From assembly GCF_009914755.1 (NCBI RefSeq), contig NC_060937.1: DNA of 64,000 nt; one strand, written 5' to 3'. Below, one piece after another: positions 1 through 15,400 of this stretch (the first letter of the stretch is position 1; each line of letters opens with the position of its first letter). The DNA comes from the human T2T-CHM13v2.0 reference genome, Homo sapiens. The notes beneath the pieces are model-generated. The model saw only the letters and a program-made list of their open reading frames with translations. It did no database searches and was not told the origin of the DNA. A program made the translations under genes and the position numbers.

Positions 1-3000
1 TATTCTATAGTGTACATAAAATATCAAAGTACCCAAACTATACATTATATACTGTACATAAAATATGAAATTACATCAAATATATATTATATTAGGTACA
101 TAAAATATGAAAGTACATCAAATATATATTATATACTGTACATAAAATACCAAAGTACCCCAAATACATATTATATACTGTACATGAAATATCAAAGTTC
201 ACAAACTATATATTGTATACTGTACATAAAATATCAAAGTACCGAAGGGATATATTCTATACTGTACAAAAAATATCAAAGTACCCAAAGCATGTATTAT
301 ATACTGTACATAAAATATGAAAGTACATGAAATATATATTTTATTCTGTACATAAAATATCAAAGTACACCAAATATATATTCTATAGTGTACATAAAAT
401 ATCAAAGTACCCAGACTATACATTATATACTGTACATAAAACATGAAATTACATCCAATATATATTATATTAGGTACATAAAATATGAAAGTACATCAAA
501 TATAAATTATATACTGTACATAAAATACCAAAGTACCCCAAATATATATTATATACTGTACATGAAATATCAAAGTTCACAAACTATATATTATATACTG
601 TACATAAAATATCAAAGTACCCAAGGTATATATTCTATAGTGTACAAAAAATATCAAAGTACCCAAAGCATGTATTATATAGTGTATATAAAATATGAAA
701 GTACATCAAATATATATTTAATTCTGTACATAAAATATCAAAGTACACCAAATATATATTCTATAGTGTACATTAAATATCAAACTACCCAAACTATACA
801 TTATATACTGTACATAAAATATGAAATTACATCAAATATATATTATATTAGGTACATAAAATATGAAAGTACATCAAATATAGATTATACACTGTACATA
901 AAATACCAAAGAACCCCAAATATATATTATATACTGTACATGAAATATCAAAGTTCACAAACTATATATTATATACTGTACATAAAATATCAAAGTACCC
1001 AAGGTATATATTCTATACTGTACAAAAAATATCAAAGTACCCAAAGCATGTATTATATAGTGTATATAAAATATGAAAGTACATCAAATATATATTTAAT
1101 TCTGTACATAAAATATCAAAGTACACCAAATATATATTCTATACTGTACATAAAATATCAAAGTACCCAAACTATACATTATATACTGTACATAAAATAT
1201 GAAATTACATCAAATATATATTATATTAGGTACATAAAATATGAAAGTACATCAAATATAGATTATACACTGTACATAAAATACCAAAGAACCCCAAATA
1301 TATATTATATACTGTACATGAAATATCAAAGTTCACAAACTATATATTATATAATGTACATAAAATATCAAAGTACCCAAGGTATATATTCTATACTGTA
1401 CAAAAAATATCAAAGTACGCAAACATGTATTATATACTGTACATAAAATATGAAATTACATCAAATATATATTATATTAGGTACATAAAATATGAAAGTA
1501 CATCAAATATACATTATATAATGTACATAAAATACCAAAGTACCCCAAATATATATTATATACTGTACATGAAATATCAAAGTTCACAAACTATATATTA
1601 TATACTGTACATAAAATATCAAAGTACCGAAGGGATATATTCTATAATGTACAAAAAATATCAAAGTACCCAAAGCATGTATTATATACTGTACATAAAA
1701 TATGAAAGTACATGAAATATATATTTTATTCTGTACATAAAATATCAAAGTACACCAAATATATATTCTATAGTGTACATAAAATATCAAAGTACCCAGA
1801 CTATACATTATATACTGTACATAAAACATGAAATTACATCCAATATATATTATATTTGGTACATAAAATATGAAAGTACATCAAATATAAATTATATACT
1901 GTACATAAAATACCAAAGTACCCCAAATATATATTATATACTGTACATGAAATATCAAAGTTCACAAACTATATATTATATACTGTACATAAAATATCAA
2001 AGTACCCAAGGTATATATTCTATACTGTACAAAAAATATCAAAGTTCCCAAAGCATGTATTATATACTGTTAATAAAATATGAAAGTACATCAAATATAT
2101 ATTTAATTCTGTACATAAAATATCAAAGTACACCAAATATATATTCTATAGTGTACATAAAATATCAAAGTACCCAAACTATACATTATATACTGTACAT
2201 AAAATATGAAATTACATCAAATATATATTATATTAGGTACATAAAATATGAAAGTACATCAAATATATATTATATACTGTACATAAAATACCAAAGTACC
2301 CCAAATACATATTATATACTGTACATGAAATATCAAAGTTCACAAACTATATATTGTATACTGTACATAAAATATCAAAGTACCGAAGGGATATATTCTA
2401 TACTGTACAAAAAATATCAAAGTACCCAAAGCATGTATTATATACTGTACATAAAATATGAAAGTACATGAAATATATATTTTATTCTGTACATAAAATA
2501 TCAAAGTACACCAAATATATATTCTATAGTGTACATAAAATATCAAAGTACCCAGACTATACATTATATACTGTACATAAAACATGAAATTACATCCAAT
2601 ATATATTATATTAGGTACATAAAATATGAAAGTACATCAAATATAAATTATATACTGTACATAAAATACCAAAGTACCCCAAATATATATTATATACTGT
2701 ACATGAAATATCAAAGTTCACAAACTATATATTATATACTGTACATAAAATATCAAAGTACCCAAGGTATATATTCTATACTGTACAAAAAATATCAAAG
2801 TACCCAAAGCATGTATTATATAGTGTATATAAAATATGAACGTACATCAAATATATATTTAATTCTGTACATAAAATATCAAAGTACACCAAATATATAT
2901 TCTATAGTGTACATTAAATATCAAACTACCCAAACTATACATTATATACTGTACATAAAATATGAAATTACATCAAATATATATTATATTAGGTACATAA

Positions 3001-6000
3001 AATATGAAAGTACATCAAATATAGATTATACACTGTACATAAAATACCAAAGAACCCCAAATATATATTATATACTGTATATGAAATATCAAAGTTCACA
3101 AACTATATATTATATACTGTACATAAAATATCAAAGTACCCAAGGTATATATTCTATACTGTACAAAAAATATCAAAGTACCCAAAGCATGTATTATATA
3201 GTGTATATAAAATATGAAAGTACATCAAATATATATTTAATTCTGTACATAAAATATCAAAGTACACCAAATATATATTCTATACTGTACATAAAATATC
3301 AAAGTACCCAAACTATACATTATATACTGTACATAAAATATGAAATTACATCAAATATATATTATATTAGGTACATAAAATATGAAAGTACATCAAATAT
3401 AGATTATACACTGTACATAAAATACCAAAGAACCCCAAATATATATTATATACTGTACATGAAATATCAAAGTTCACAAACTATATATTATATACTGTAC
3501 ATAAAATATCAAAGTACCCAAGGTATATATTCTATACTGTACAAAAAATATCAAAGTTCCCAAAGCATGTATTATATACTGTTAATAAAATATGAAAGTA
3601 CATCAAATATATATTTAATTCTGTACATAAAATATCAAAGTACACCAAATATATATTCTATAGTGTACATAAAATATCAAAGTACCCAAACTATACATTA
3701 TATACTGTACATAAAATATGAAATTACATCAAATATATATTATATTAGGTACATAAAATATGAAAGTACATCAAATATAGATTATATACTGTACATAAAA
3801 TACCAAAGTACCCCAAATACATATTATATACTGTACATGAAATATCAAAGTTCACAAACTATATATTGTATACTGTACATAAAATATCAAAGTACCGAAG
3901 GGATATATTCTATACTGTACAAAAAATATCAAAGTACCCAAAGCATGTATTATATACTGTACATAAAATATGAAAGTACATGAAATATATATTTTATTCT
4001 GTACATAAAATATCAAAGTACACCAAATATATATTCTATAGTGTACATAAAATATCAAAGTACCCAGACTATACATTATATACTGTACATAAAACATGAA
4101 ATTACATCCAATATATATTATATTAGGTACATAAAATATGAAAGTACATCAAATATAAATTATATACTGTACATAAAATACCAAAGTACCCCAAATATAT
4201 ATTATATACTGTACATGAAATATCAAAGTTCACAAACTATATATTATATACTGTACATAAAATATCAAAGTACCCAAGGTATATATTCTATACTGTACAA
4301 AAAATATCAAAGTACCCAAAGCATGTATTATATAGTGTATATAAAATATGAAAGTACATCAAATATATATTTAATTCTGTACATAAAATATCAAAGTACA
4401 CCAAATATATATTCTATAGTGTACATTAAATATCAAACTACCCAAACTATACATTATATACTGTACATAAAATATGAAATTACATCAAATATATATTATA
4501 TTAGGTACATAAAATATGAAAGTACATCAAATATAGATTATACACTGTACATAAAATACCAAAGAACCCCAAATATATATTATATACTGTACATGAAATA
4601 TCAAAGTTCACAAACTATATATTATATACTGTACATAAAATATCAAAGTACCCAAGGTATATATTCTATACTGTACAAAAAATATCAAAGTACGCAAACA
4701 TGTATTATATACTGTACATAAAATATGAAATTACATCAAATATATATTATATTAGGTACATAAAATATGAAAGTACATCAAATATACATTATATAATGTA
4801 CATAAAATACCAAAGTACCCCAAATATATATTATATACTGTACATGAAATATCAAAGTTCACAAACTATATATTATATACTGTACATAAAATATCAAAGT
4901 ACCGAAGGGATATATTCTATAATGTACAAAAAATATCAAAGTACCCAAAGCATGTATTATATACTGTACATAAAATATGAAAGTACATGAAATATATATT
5001 TTATTCTGTACATAAAATATCAAAGTACACCAAATATATATTCTATAGTGTACATAAAATATCAAAGTACCCAGACTATACATTATATACTGTACATAAA
5101 ACATGAAATTACATCCAATATATATTATATTTGGTACATAAAATATGAAAGTACATCAAATATAAATTATATACTGTACATAAAATACCAAAGTACCCCA
5201 AATATATATTATATACTGTACATGAAATATCAAAGTTCACAAACTATATATTATATACTGTACATAAAATATCAAAGTACCCAAGGTATATATTCTATAC
5301 TGTACAAAAAATATCAAAGTTCCCAAAGCATGTATTATATACTGTTAATAAAATATGAAAGTACATCAAATATATATTTAATTCTGTACATAAAATATCA
5401 AAGTACACCAAATATATATTCTATAGTGTACATCAAATATCAAACTACCCAAACTATACATTATATACTGTACATAAAATATGAAATTACATCCAATATA
5501 TATTATATTAGGTACATAAAATATGAAAGTACATCAAATATATATTATATACTGTACATAAAATACCAAAGTACCCCAAATACATATTATATACTGTACA
5601 TGAAATATCAAAGTTCACAAACTATATATTGTATACTGTACATAAAATATCAAAGTACCGAAGGGATATATTCTATACTGTACAAAAAATATCAAAGTAC
5701 CCAAAGCATGTATTATATACTGTACATAAAATATGAAAGTACATGAAATATATATTTTATTCTGTACATAAAATATCAAAGTACACCAAATATATATTCT
5801 ATAGTGTACATAAAATATCAAAGTACCCAGACTATACATTATATACTGTACATAAAACATGAAATTACATCCAATATATATTATATTAGGTACATAAAAT
5901 ATGAAAGTACATCAAATATAAATTATATACTGTACATAAAATACCAAAGTACCCCAAATATATATTATATACTGTACATGAAATATCAAAGTTCACAAAC

Positions 6001-9000
6001 TATATATTATATACTGTACATAAAATATCAAAGTACCCAAGGTATATATTCTATACTGTACAAAAAATATCAAAGTACCCAAAGCATGTATTATATAGTG
6101 TATATAAAATATGAAAGTACATCAAATATATATTTAATTCTGTACATAAAATATCAAAGTACACCAAATATATATTCTATAGTGTACATTAAATATCAAA
6201 CTACCCAAACTATACATTATATACTGTACATAAAATATGAAATTACATCAAATATATATTATATTAGGTACATAAAATATGAAAGTACATCAAATATAGA
6301 TTATACACTGTACATAAAATACCAAAGAACCCCAAATATATATTATATACTGTACATGAAATATCAAAGTTCACAAACTATATATTATATACTGTACATA
6401 AAATATCAAAGTACCCAAGGTATATATTCTATACTGTACAAAAAATATCAAAGTACCCAAAGCATGTATTATATAGTGTATATAAAATATGAAAGTACAT
6501 CAAATATATATTTAATTCTGTACATAAAATATCAAAGTACACCAAATATATATTCTATACTGTACATAAAATATCAAAGTACCCAAACTATACATTATAT
6601 ACTGTACATAAAATATGAAATTACATCAAATATATATTATATTAGGTACATAAAATATGAAAGTACATCAAATATAGATTATACACTGTACATAAAATAC
6701 CAAAGAACCCCAAATATATATTATATACTGTACATGAAATATCAAAGTTCACAAACTATATATTATATACTGTACATAAAATATCAAAGTACCCAAGGTA
6801 TATATTCTATACTGTACAAAAAATATCAAAGTTCCCAAAGCATGTATTATATACTGTTAATAAAATATGAAAGTACATCAAATATATATTTAATTCTGTA
6901 CATAAAATATCAAAGTACACCAAATATATATTCTATAGTGTACATAAAATATCAAAGTACCCAAACTATACATTATATACTGTACATAAAATATGAAATT
7001 ACATCAAATATATATTATATTAGGTACATAAAATATGAAAGTACATCAAATATAGATTATATACTGTACATAAAATACCAAAGTACCCCAAATACATATT
7101 ATATACTGTACATGAAATATCAAAGTTCACAAACTATATATTGTATACTGTACATAAAATATCAAAGTACCGAAGGGATATATTCTATACTGTACAAAAA
7201 ATATCAAAGTACCCAAAGCATGTATTATATACTGTACATAAAATATGAAAGTACATGAAATATATATTTTATTCTGTACATAAAATATCAAAGTACACCA
7301 AATATATATTCTATAGTGTACATAAAATATCAAAGTACCCAGACTATACATTATATACTGTACATAAAACATGAAATTACATCCAATATATATTATATTA
7401 GGTACATAAAATATGAAAGTACATCAAATATAAATTATATACTGTACATAAAATACCAAAGAACCCCAAATATATATTATATACTGTACATGAAATATCA
7501 AAGTTCACAAACTATATATTATATACTGTACATAAAATATCAAAGTACCCAAGGTATATATTCTATACTGTACAAAAAATATCAAAGTACCCAAAGCATG
7601 TATTATATAGTGTATATAAAATATGAAAGTACATCAAATATATATTTAATTCTGTACATAAAATATCAAAGTACACCAAATATATATTCTATACTGTACA
7701 TAAAATATCAAAGTACCCAAACTATACATTATATACTGTACATAAAATATGAAATTACATCAAATATATATTATATTAGGTACATAAAATATGAAAGTAC
7801 ATCAAATATAGATTATACACTGTACATAAAATACCAAAGAACCCCAAATATATATTATATACTGTACATGAAATATCAAAGTTCACAAACTATATATTAT
7901 ATAATGTACATAAAATATCAAAGTACCCAAGGTATATATTCTATACTGTACAAAAAATATCAAAGTACGCAAACATGTATTATATACTGTACATAAAATA
8001 TGAAATTACATCAAATATATATTATATTAGGTACATAAAATATGAAAGTACATCAAATATACATTATATAATGTACATAAAATACCAAAGTACCCCAAAT
8101 ATATATTATATACTGTACATGAAATATCAAAGTTCACAAACTATATATTATATACTGTACATAAAATATCAAAGTACCGAAGGGATATATTCTATAGTGT
8201 ACAAAAAATATCAAAGTACCCAAAGCATGTATTATATACTGTACATAAAATATGAAAGTACATGAAATATATATTTTATTCTGTACATAAAATATCAAAG
8301 TACACCAAATATATATTCTATAGTGTACATAAAATATCAAAGTACCCAGACTATACATTATATACTGTACATAAAACATGAAATTACATCCAATATATAT
8401 TATATTTGGTACATAAAATATGAAAGTACATCAAATATAAATTATATACTGTACATAAAATACCAAAGTACCCCAAATATATATTATATACTGTACATGA
8501 AATATCAAAGTTCACAAACTATATATTATATACTGTACATAAAATATCAAAGTACCCAAGGTATATATTCTATACTGTACAAAAAATATCAAAGTTCCCA
8601 AAGCATGTATTATATACTGTTAATAAAATATGAAAGTACATCAAATATATATTTAATTCTGTACATAAAATATCAAAGTACACCAAATATATATTCTATA
8701 GTGTACATAAAATATCAAAGTACCCAAACTATACATTATATACTGTACATAAAATATGAAATTACATCAAATATATATTATATTAGGTACATAAAATATG
8801 AAAGTACATCAAATATATATTATATACTGTACATAAAATACCAAAGTACCCCAAATACATATTATATACTGTACATGAAATATCAAAGTTCACAAACTAT
8901 ATATTGTATACTGTACATAAAATATCAAAGTACCGAAGGGATATATTCTATACTGTACAAAAAATATCAAAGTACCCAAAGCATGTATTATATACTGTAC

Positions 9001-12000
9001 ATAAAATATGAAAGTACATGAAATATATATTTTATTCTGTACATAAAATATCAAAGTACACCAAATATATATTCTATAGTGTACATAAAATATCAAAGTA
9101 CCCAGACTATACATTATATACTGTACATAAAACATGAAATTACATCCAATATATATTATATTAGGTACATAAAATATGAAAGTACATCAAATATAAATTA
9201 TATACTGTACATAAAATACCAAAGTACCCCAAATATATATTATATACTGTACATGAAATATCAAAGTTCACAAACTATATATTATATACTGTACATAAAA
9301 TATCAAAGTACCCAAGGTATATATTCTATACTGTACAAAAAATATCAAAGTACCCAAAGCATGTATTATGTAGTGTATATAAAATATGAAAGTACATCAA
9401 ATATATATTTAATTCTGTACATAAAATATCAAAGTACACCAAATATATATTCTATACTGTACATAAAATATCAAAGTACCCAAACTATACATTATATACT
9501 GTACATAAAATATGAAATTACATCAAATATATATTATATTAGGTACATAAAATATGAAAGTACATCAAATATAGATTATACACTGTACATAAAATACCAA
9601 AGAACCCCAAATATATATTATATACTGTACATGAAATATCAAAGTTCACAAACTATATATTATATACTGTACATAAAATATCAAATTACCCAAGGTATAT
9701 ATTCTATACTGTACAAAAAATATCAAAGTACCCAAAGCATGTATTATATAGTGTATATAAAATATGAAAGTACATCAAATATATATTTAATTCTGTACAT
9801 AAAATATCAAAGTACACCAAATATATATTCTATACTGTACATAAAATATCAAAGTACCCAAACTATACATTATATACTGTACATAAAATATGAAATTACA
9901 TCAAATATATATTATATTAGGTACATAAAATATGAAAGTACATCAAATATAGATTATACACTGTACATAAAATACCAAAGAACCCCAAATATATATTATA
10001 TACTGTACATGAAATATCAAAGTTCACAAACTATATATTATATAATGTACATAAAATATCAAAGTACCCAAGGTATATATTCTATACTGTACAAAAAATA
10101 TCAAAGTACGCAAACATGTATTATATACTGTACATAAAATATGAAATTACATCAAATATATATTATATTAGGTACATAAAATATGAAAGTACATCAAATA
10201 TACATTATATAATGTACATAAAATACCAAAGTACCCCAAATATATATTATATACTGTACATGAAATATCAAAGTTCACAAACTATATATTATATACTGTA
10301 CATAAAATATCAAAGTACCGAAGGGATATATTCTATAATGTACAAAAAATATCAAAGTACCCAAAGCATGTATTATATACTGTACATAAAATATGAAAGT
10401 ACATGAAATATATATTTTATTCTGTACATAAAATATCAAAGTACACCAAATATATATTCTATAGTGTACATAAAATATCAAAGTACCCAGACTATACATT
10501 ATATACTGTACATAAAACATGAAATTACATCCAATATATATTATATTTGGTACATAAAATATGAAAGTACATCAAATATAAATTATATACTGTACATAAA
10601 ATACCAAAGTACCCCAAATATATATTATATACTGTACATGAAATATCAAAGTTCACAAACTATATATTATATACTGTACATAAAATATCAAAGTACCCAA
10701 GGTATATATTCTATACTGTACAAAAAATATCAAAGTTCCCAAAGCATGTATTATATACTGTTAATAAAATATGAAAGTACATCAAATATATATTTAATTC
10801 TGTACATAAAATATCAAAGTACACCAAATATATATTCTATAGTGTACATAAAATATCAAAGTACCCAAACTATACATTATATACTGTACATAAAATATGA
10901 AATTACATCAAATATATATTTTATTAGGTACATAAAATATGAAAGTACATCAAATATATATTATATACTGTACATAAAATACCAAAGTACCCCAAATACA
11001 TATTATATACTGTACATGAAATATCAAAGTTCACAAACTATATATTGTATACTGTACATAAAATATCAAAGTACCGAAGGGATATATTCTATACTGTACA
11101 AAAAATATCAAAGTACCCAAAGCATGTATTATATACTGTACATAAAATATGAAAGTACATGAAATATATATTTTATTCTCTACATAAAATATCAAAGTAC
11201 ACCAAATATATATTCTATAGTGTACATAAAATATCAAAGTACCCAGACTATACATTATATACTGTACATAAAACATGAAATTACATCCAATATATATTAT
11301 ATTAGGTACATAAAATATGAAAGTACATCAAATATAAATTATATACTGTACATAAAATACCAAAGTACCCCAAATATATATTATATACTGTACATGAAAT
11401 ATCAAAGTTCACAAACTATATATTATATACTGTACATAAAATATCAAAGTACCCAAGGTATATATTCTATACTGTACAAAAAATATCAAAGTACCCAAAG
11501 CATGTATTATATAGTGTATATAAAATATGAAAGTACATCAAATATATATTTAATTCTGTACATAAAATATCAAAGTACACCAAATATATATTCTATAGTG
11601 TACATAAAATATCAAAGTACCCAAACTATACATTATATACTGTACATAAAATATGAAATTACATCAAATATATATTATATTAGGTACATAAAATATGAAA
11701 GTACATCAAATATATATTATATACTGTACATAAAATACCAAAGTACCCCAAATACATATTATATACTGTACATGAAATATCAAAGTTCACAAACTATATA
11801 TTGTATACTGTACATAAAATATCAAAGTACCGAAGGGATATATTCTATACTGTACAAAAAATATCAAAGTACCCAAAGCATGTATTATATACTGTACATA
11901 AAATATGAAAGTACATGAAATATATATTTTATTCTGTACATAAAATATCAAAGTACACCAAATATATATTCTATAGTGTACATAAAATATCAAAGTACCC

Positions 12001-12470
12001 AGACTATACATTATATACTGTACATAAAACATGAAATTACATCCAATATATATTATATTAGGTACATAAAATATGAAAGTACATCAAATATAAATTATAT
12101 ACTGTACATAAAATACCAAAGTACCCCAAATATATATTATATACTGTACATGAAATATCAAAGTTCACAAACTATATATTATATACTGTACATAAAATAT
12201 CAAAGTACCCAAGGTATATATTCTATACTGTACAAAAAATATCAAAGTACCCAAAGCATGTATTATGTAGTGTATATAAAATATGAAAGTACATCAAATA
12301 TATATTTAATTCTGTACATAAAATATCAAAGTACACCAAATATATATTCTATACTGTACATAAAATATCAAAGTACCCAAACTATACATTATATACTGTA
12401 CATAAAATATGAAATTACATCAAATATATATTATATTAGGTACATAAAATATGAAAGTACATCAAATATA
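1..12470 (+). repeat. Copy 1 of a long-range internal duplication (copy 2 at ~22796-35015); left end may lie outside the window
   Basis: Rare variants shared at constant offset: gaaCgt 2841/25636 (22795); tatGtagtg 9370/31914 and 12267/34811; tatTttatta 10921/33465 (all 22544). Unit order is also the same. Confidence 0.85.
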
Positions 12471-15400
12471 GATTATATACTGTACATAAAATACCAAAGT
12501 ACCCCAAATACATATTATATACTGTACATGAAATATCAAAGTTCACAAACTATATATTGTATACTGTACATAAAATATCAAAGTACCGAAGGGATATATT
12601 CTATACTGTACAAAAAATATCAAAGTACCCAAAGCATGTATTATATACTGTACATAAAATATGAAAGTACATGAAATATATATTTTATTCTGTACATAAA
12701 ATATCAAAGTACACCAAATATATATTCTATAGTGTACATAAAATATCAAAGTACCCAAACTATACATTATATACTGTACATAAAATATGAAATTACATCA
12801 AATATATATTATATTAGGTACATAAAATATGAAAGTACATCAAATATAAATTATATACTGTACATAAAATACCAAAGAACCCCAAATACATATTATATAC
12901 TGTACATGAAATATCAAAGTTCACAAACTATATATTATATACTGTACATAAAATATCAAAGTACCCAAGGTATATATTCTATACTGTACAAAAAATATCA
13001 AAGTACCCAAAGCATGTATTATATACTGTTCATAAAATATGAAAGTACATCAAATATATATTTTATTCTGTACATAAATATCAAATTACCCCAAATATAT
13101 ATTCTATAGTGTACATCAAATATCAAACTACCCAAACTATACATTATATACTGTACATAAAATATGAAATTACATCAAATATATATTATATTAGGTACAT
13201 AAAATATGAAAGTACATCAAATATAGATTATATACTGTACATAAAATACCAAAGAACCCCAAATATATATTATATACTGTACATGAAATATCAAAGTTCA
13301 CAAACTATATATTATATACTGTACATAAAATATCAAAGTACCCAAGGTATATATTCTATACTGTACAAAAAATATCAAAGTACCCAAAGCATGTATTATA
13401 TAGTGTATATAAAATATGAAAGTACATCAAATATATATTTAATTCTGTACATAAAATATCAAAGTACACCAAATATATATTCTATACTGTACATAAAATA
13501 TCAAAGTACCCAAACTATACATTATATACTGTACATAAAATATGAAATTACATCAAATATATATTATATTAGGTACATAAAATATGAAAGTACATCAAAT
13601 ATAGATTATACACTGTACATAAAATACCAAAGTACCCCAAATATATATTATATACTGTATATGAAATATCAAAGTTCACAAACTATATATTATATACTGT
13701 ACATAAAATATCAAAGTACCCAAGGTATATATTCTATACTGTACAAAAAATATCAAAGTTCCCAAAGCATGTATTATATACTGTTAATAAAATATGAAAG
13801 TACATCAAATATATATTTAATTCTGTACATAAAATATCAAAGTACCCAAGGTATATATTCTATAGTGTACAAAAAATATCAAAGTACGCAAACATGTATT
13901 ATATACTGTACATAAAATATGAAATTACATCAAATATATATTATATTAGGTACATAAAATATGAAAGTACATCAAATATACATTATATAATGTACATAAA
14001 ATACCAAAGTACCCCAAATATATATTATATACTGTACATGAAATATCAAAGTTCACAAACTATATATTGCATACTGTACATAAAATATCAAAGTACCGAA
14101 GGGATATATTCTATACTGTACAAAAAATATCAAAGTACCCAAAGCATGTATTATATACTGTACATAAAATATGAAAGTACATGAAATATATATTTTATTC
14201 TGTACATAAAATATCAAAGTACACCAAATATATATTCTATAGTGTACATAAAATATCAAAGTACCCAGACTATACATTATATACTGTACATAAAACATGA
14301 AATTACATCCAATATATATTATATTAGGTACATAAAATATGAAAGTACATCAAATATAAATTATATACTGTACATAAAATACCAAAGTACCCCAAATATA
14401 TATTATATACTGTACATGAAATATCAAAGTTCACAAACTATATATTATATACTGTACATAAAATATCAAAGTACCCAAGGTATATATTCTATACTGTACA
14501 AAAAATATCAAAGTACCCAAAGCATGTATTATATAGTGTATATAAAATATGAAAGTACATCAAATATATATTTAATTCTGTACATAAAATATCAAAGTAC
14601 ACCAAATATATATTCTATAGTGTACATTAAATATCAAACTACCCAAACTATACATTATATACTGTACATAAAATATGAAATTACATCAAATATATATTAT
14701 ATTAGGTACATAAAATATGAAAGTACATCAAATATAGATTATATACTGTACATAAAATACCAAAGAACCCCAAATATATATTATATACTGTACATGAAAT
14801 ATCAAAGTTCACAAACTATATATTATATAATGTACATAAAATATCAAAGTACCCAAGGTATATATTCTATACTGTACAAAAAATATCAAAGTACGCAAAC
14901 ATGTATTATATACTGTACATAAAATATGAAATTACATCAAATATATATTATATTAGGTACATAAAATATGAAAGTACATCAAATATACATTATATAGTGT
15001 ACATAAAATACCAAAGTACCCCAAATATATATTATATACTGTACATGAAATATCAAAGTTCACAAACTATATATTATATACTGTACATAAAATATCAAAG
15101 TACCCAAGGTATATATTCTATACTGTACAAAAAATATCAAAGTTCCCAAAGCATGTATTATATACTGTTAATAAAATATGAAAGTACATCAAATATATAT
15201 TTAATTCTGTACATAAAATATCAAAGTACACCAAATATATATTCTATAGTGTACATAAAATATCAAAGTACCCAAACTATACATTATATACTGTACATAA
15301 AATATGAAATTACATCAAATATATATTATATTAGGTACATAAAATATGAAAGTACATCAAATATAGATTATATACTGTACATAAAATACCAAAGTACCCC

